Assembly: GCA_951406725.2 (NCBI GenBank)
Contig: OX597818.1
Span: 137,950,001-138,014,000 of the forward strand
Direction: 5' to 3'
DNA length: 64,000 bases
Origin: Octopus vulgaris
Taxonomy: Eukaryota
Part shown: positions 58,297 through 64,000 of the stretch, piece by piece
How positions within the stretch are numbered: position 1 is the first letter of the stretch
Layout of the letters: each line of letters begins with the position of its first letter
Program-made: the position numbers and the translations under genes
Notes under the pieces: generated by a model
What the model saw: the letters and a program-made list of their open reading frames with translations, nothing else
Databases searched by the model: none
What the model was told of the DNA's origin: nothing

Positions 58297-58505
58297 GTTA
58301 ATCCAAACATGAAAACACAAAGAGAAAACACAACGACGCGAGGCCCCGGAACAAATATAGTATTATTGGACGCTCAGGAAGGAAGGGAAGAAGGAGGGTT
58401 TAACGTTTCGAGCGGAGCTCTTCGTCAGAAACATAGGAAAAGGAGAGATCCAGAGAAGGGAAGACGGAGGGAAAGAAATCGCCAACGGTACACACGCGAT
58501 CATAT
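58297..58505 (-). mobile_element. (TA)n-embedded Penelope pLTR-like mini-element
   Basis: Shares acgctcaggaa...acgtttcgagc with the 25973 and 40741 elements. Confidence 0.72.
58397..58432 (-). ncRNA. Minimal type I hammerhead ribozyme motif
   Basis: guuu-CUGACGA-a-gagc-ucc-gcuc-GAAA-cgUU-aaac. Stems I and II pair fully; stem III is the palindrome ACGU (dimer type). Confidence 0.75.
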
Positions 58506-58551
58506 ATACACATATAGCTAGATAGATAAATAGATACATACATACACACCT

Positions 58552-59232
<681 letters not shown>

Positions 59233-59339
59233 TATACATATACATATATACATACATATATACACATGTTATATATGCATAATTATATGTATATAAACAC
59301 ACACATACTTGCATATAGACACGTATATGTGTGTGCGTG

Positions 59340-59405
<66 letters not shown>

Positions 59406-59912
59406 TGCGTGTGTGTGTCTGTGTGTGTACATACATACATATATAGATAACATAGTGTTTGGGGAAACTTGACTGAAATGAAACCTGAAAGTTCCTTGTT
59501 CCTGCAAACATTCTTGTAAGTCAGAAGAAAGCAACTTTTAGGTTTCACCGCTAGATGTCGCCAAACTTCTAAGCAATTGGACATTTTTCTTGTAATACGT
59601 TTATATTCGTTGTTTTATTTCTTCATTTATTTGCTCATAATATATATTTCGTTTTGTTTTGTTTTTGGCTGTTTTTCTTTTTTCTTATATTATTGCATCA
59701 CCAGGGTTCTGCTTTTTCTATTCATCTGGTAACAGCGTCTATTAATTTACCTTACACTTTTATCTAAAGAGTAGCCAAGCCCTAATTTGGTTTAGTCCCT
59801 CATTTCATCAGCTGGTTCCAGCCAGTGAATTTTGGTCAATGGAACATCATTATCATTGTAGATTAGAGTATTCTGCTAGAAGAAAAATAAAGAGGGAAGG
59901 TTGGTGTTCATT

Positions 59913-60165
59913 CTTATTCTTTTATTCTTCTACTTGTTTCAGTCATTTTACTGCGTCCGAGCTGGAGCACCGCCTTTCGTCAAATAAATCGACCCCGGGA
60001 CTTATTCTTTGTAAGCCTAATAATCATTCTATCGCTCCCATTTGAAGAACCGCTAGGTTTCAGGGACGTAAGCACAACATCGGCTGTCAAGTGATGACTG
60101 GGGAACAAACGCAAACACACACATACACACACACATACACACACATATATCTATCCATCTATTTA

Positions 60166-60208
<43 letters not shown>

Positions 60209-60340
60209 GGGCTTCTTTCACTTTCCGTCAACCGAAACCACTCACAAGACTTTGGTTGGACCGAAGCTATATTAGAAGATACTTGCCTAAAGTTCCACAC
60301 AGTGGGACTGAACCCGGAAGCTCACAGCCACGCTGCGCCT
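59913..60340 (-). mobile_element. Diverged SINE family A copy
   Basis: Matches the family A tail, internal microsatellite and head. Confidence 0.85.
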
Positions 60341-60649
60341 ATGTTGAAAAATGGGAAAATATATTGCAGTGAGAGTGTATGTGTGTGTGTGTGCGTGCGT
60401 GTGTGTGTGAGTATGTGTGTGCGTTCGTATGTGTATGGGTGTGCAGAGAAACACACACATACATGCGCACAGACATGCACGCACACACACAGATATACAC
60501 ACACACACACATATGATGGCAGCCGACTCTCGTATTCCGAGTAAGCCGGTTCTGCAATTTCTCGTAGATAAAGCTACTCAAATGTGTTGTTTATATTGAT
60601 CAAATGTGTGTGTTGTACACTAGCTTACTCTCCCCATCCAATCGAGGTT

Positions 60650-60820
60650 TCCTGAACAGGAGCGCGATGTACCACACGTCAGGTGTTGAAGTACATCGCA
60701 GAGCAAAGTGATATCAAGTGCTTTGTCGAAGGACACAACACACCGCTCAGTCCGAAATTTAGAACCACGATCTCTGGGTCGTGAGTCCAACACCTAAACA
60801 CTAAACCACACACCCTCACA
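60650..60820 (-). mobile_element. Diverged tRNA/CORE SINE head (family C-like)
   Basis: Reverse complement tggtttagtg...ttgtgtccttcgacaaagcactt resembles 62398-62500. Confidence 0.6.
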
Positions 60821-61073
60821 ACATATATGCACATGTATATCCATATTTACATACATACATACAAATTTATACGTGTGTGTGTGTGCGCTTGTTTGCGTGT
60901 GTGTGTATGTGCGTGTGTGTGTGTATGCGGATGTGTGTGTACATACAATCTGTTTATCTGTACGGGCAGATCTTTAAATTTGGATAATTCATTTCTTTGG
61001 CAGATATATCGTTCTCCATTGAAAATAGATGAGTTTTCTTCTTGATATTCATTGACAATATATTCTCAAGCTA

Positions 61074-61960
61074 AGGCGGTGAGCTGGCAGAATTGTTAGT
61101 ACACCGGACAAAACGCTAAGCGGCATTTCGTCCGTCCTTCAGCCTGTACGTTCTAAGTTCAAATTACGCCGAGGTCGACTTTGCCTTTCATCCTTTCGGG
61201 GTCGATAAATTAAGTACCAGTTGCGTAACTGGGGTCGATCTAATCGAATGGCTCCCTCCACCAAAATTTCGGGCCTTGTGCCTAGAGTTGAAAAGAATCG
61301 TTAGCACACCGGGACGAAACGCTAAGCAGCATTTCGTCCGTCCGTCCGTCCGTCCGCTCATACGTTCTGAGTTCAAATCACGCCAAGGTCGACTTTGCCT
61401 TTCATCCCCCGGAGTTGATAAATTAAGTACCCGTTACGCACTTGGGTCGATGAAATCGACTGGTTCCCTGCCCCAAAATTGTACCTATAGCAGAAAGGAT
61501 GTTATAAATTCTATTGTTGTCGAGGGTACCAGTTGAACACTGGGGTCGATATAATCGACATCCCTCCTCTTACGAAATTTTTTGCAGTGGGCCAAAACTT
61601 AAAATCAATATAGTATTTTGACAGAACAGTTAGCACGCAGGACGAAATGCTTAGTGGCATTTCATCCATCTTTAAGTTCTGGACACAGCAACTTGTCTTT
61701 CAACGATGTATTTACGTTAAGATCAATAGATATCTTGATATTTCCTACGGTGTATTACTTGGGATTATTAATTTTGCATAAGAAAGCATTTTATTTTCCT
61801 TCCAGAAATGTTTCTATCCGAGTCTACACTTATCTAATGCGACGAATTGGCAGAGACATTAAAGCCTTGGATAAAATGCCTCGCAACGGAATGTGTTCGA
61901 ACTTTCTGCGTTCTAAGTTCAAACCCCATCAAGGTCAACTTCCATCTTTTCAGGGTCAAT
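61074..61960 (+). mobile_element. Cluster of four to five SINE family B copies or fragments
   Basis: Repeated gttcaaat...aggtcgactttgcctttcatcc and ggggtcgat modules. Confidence 0.85.
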
Positions 61961-62397
61961 AAACAATTCAACTCAGTAGTGATTCTTTGGTCCGAAACCA
62001 GATGGATTATAGTAAGCCAAATCTCATTTAAGCATATGCTGCTCTCTTAAAATAGAGAAGAATATACTAAACATTTCAATAATATATATATATGTATAAA
62101 ACATGGTGATCACGGATGGAATGTCTTTGATCAGAAGTTTTCTTAATCAGTATGAACTGAACATAGAATATTTAAAACAGCACTTTTGTGATTTGGGCAC
62201 AAACACAGAAATTTTGAGGGAAGCGGATTTGCCGATTACCTCTAACTCAGTATTTGACCGGGTACTTTATTTTATGGGCCCTGAAAGAATAAAAGGTAAA
62301 GCTAATCCCGGCAGGAACTGAGCTCAGAATAAAAAGAGTTGGTACAAATGCCGCTAAGCATTTTTGCGATTGTACCCAACACTTCTTAAGAGAGCTG

Positions 62398-62687
62398 TGA
62401 AGGCGCGTGGCTTAGTGGTTAGGGCATTCGACTGACGATTGTAAGGTCGTGAGTTCGATTCCAAGCGACGCCTTGTGTCCTTGAGCAAGACACTTTATTT
62501 CACGTTGCTCCAGTCCACTCAGCTGGCAAAAATGAGTTGTACCTGTATTTCACCTGAGAACCACGTTAAGGGTACGCGTGTCTGTGGATTGCTCAGTCAC
62601 TTGCACGTTAATTCCACGAGCAAGCTGTTCCGTTGATCGTATCAGCTGGGACCCTCGTCGTCGTAACCGACGGAGTGCTCCTTTTTT
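62398..62687 (+). mobile_element. tRNA(Arg)-like CORE SINE (family C; resembles published octopus OR-type SINEs)
   Basis: A box tggcttagtgg, B box gttcgattcc, CORE-like tgtgtccttgagcaagacactt, and 12-bp TSD ttaagagagctg at 62386 and 62688. Confidence 0.92.
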
Positions 62688-62806
62688 TTAAGAGAGCTGA
62701 ATGAAATCATTCAGAAAATACCCGGAGAATTTCCGGCTTTGATCTTTTCAGCGTCTATTATAAGATGTAGAAATCCCGGGAAACGGATTGAGGGAACTCT
62801 TTGACA

Positions 62807-63395
62807 GTCTTCTTGTCTTGTCTTGAGACAGCATTCACCCGGGGTGGGTTAAGCTGGCTTCATTCATCCTCAGTGCTGCATCTCTCACAAACGCCGACCA
62901 GGCCTGGCGATTTGAGGCTAACGACCGCGCGATCTCCAATCACTCCCTATTCCAGCGGTGAACGCCGTAGACATGTGGTCCTAGGTTGGGTTCCAGATCA
63001 GCCTTGACTGTCGTCAGCCAGGTTTTTCGTTGTCCACCACGTCGCTTTCGCCAACCCTGAAGGGGAGCTGGGGCAATTGCTTCGTAGATGAATTCTCCTG
63101 GTTGACGACGGAGGGCATGACCCAGCCAACACAGACGTCTCGTTAGGATGACTTGTCGGAGGGAGGTGATTTTGCACTGGTGTCGCACCGAATTTTTGGA
63201 GACAAAGTGATGCCATCGGACACGAAGGATGCGGCGTAGACAGAGGTGATCGAAGGATTTTCTATTCACTTAATATCTTCCACTCTCATCGGCCATGACT
63301 TGCTGCCGTAAAGGAGAATCGTTCGATCTAGTGCTTGGTAGATCCGTACTTTGGTGGTGCGTCGGATTTCAGATCTTGACCAGAGTCGTGCATTG
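62807..63395 (-). pseudogene. 3' end of an RTE-clade LINE
   Basis: TKVRIYQAL.RTILLYGS.SW, FDHLCLRRILRVRW, RRLCWLGHALR, RKRRGGQRKTW, and a (caaga)n tail. Confidence 0.92.
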
Positions 63396-63633
63396 AGTCA
63401 GACGGTCGGACAAGATGACTTGCGGTATCTGTATCTGATCCGTTTTCTTTTTTTGTTCTCCTGACAACGCCAGCGATGTCATTTGTACTAAGTTGTATCG
63501 GCCCAAGTCGGCGGTCGATTCCCTGGATATCCATCGATAGTGTGAAGATGGAAGTCATGTATGCAGAGACAACTGCCAGTCTTCCTCAAAAGAGAAAAAA
63601 TCTTCTCCAGGCTGTGCATACGTAAGCTGTATG

Positions 63634-64000
63634 ACAGTGGTTAGGGCACCGGACTCGCGGTCATAGGATCGCGGTTCGATTCCCAGACCGGGCATTGTGA
63701 GTGTTTATTGAGCGAAAACACCTAAAGCTCCACGAGGCTCCGGGAGGGGATGGTGGTGATCCCTGCTGTACTCTTTCGCCACAACTTTCTCTCACTCTTA
63801 CTTCCTGTCTCTGTTGTACCTGTATTTCAAAGGGCCGGCCTTGTCACTCTGTGTGTCACGCTGAATATCCCCGAGAACTACGTTAAGGGTACACGTGTCT
63901 GTGGAGTGCTCAGCCACTTGCACGTTAATTTCACGAGCAGGCTGTTCCGTTGATTCGGATCAACCGGAACCCTCGTCGTCGTAACCGACGGAGTACTTCC
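63634..64000 (+). mobile_element. tRNA-derived SINE sharing the family C 3' tail but with a different body
   Basis: B box ggttcgattccc; 63873-63997 is near-identical to 62555-62678. Confidence 0.88.

Noticed and set aside
62398-62470. tRNA-Arg gene
   Set aside because: It continues into a CORE-like body and tail and is bounded by a 12-bp TSD, so it is a SINE head. The acceptor stem is imperfect.

Overview
Eukaryotic, AT-rich, microsatellite-saturated non-coding DNA with no intact host gene. The repeat content (tRNA-derived SINEs, TAA-targeting R4/Dong LINEs, RTE and CR1-group LINE ends, Helitron, mariner and MITE relics) points to an octopus/coleoid cephalopod genome; this is inferred from recalled repeat families, not from a search. 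Almost all ORFs in the track are translations of simple repeats. The real coding remnants are all from mobile elements: a young R4/Dong RT plus REL-endonuclease fragment (46279-48007), an RTE 3' end, a CR1-like 3' end, a zinc-knuckle LINE ORF1 (about 34200-35180) and a Penelope-like GIY-YIG endonuclease missed by the ORF track (20901-21183, minus strand). The most interesting signal is a set of short elements buried in (TA)n tracts that carry type I hammerhead-ribozyme cores. There are eight motifs at six loci, two of the loci being long fold-back palindromes, and they sit in the same window as the Penelope endonuclease relic. Other notable structure: serial same-site SINE insertion, a 36-bp unit repeated between (TA)n spacers, a local SINE fold-back hairpin, modules shared between SINE families, and a few weak candidate exons. 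Coordinates of degenerate elements are approximate.
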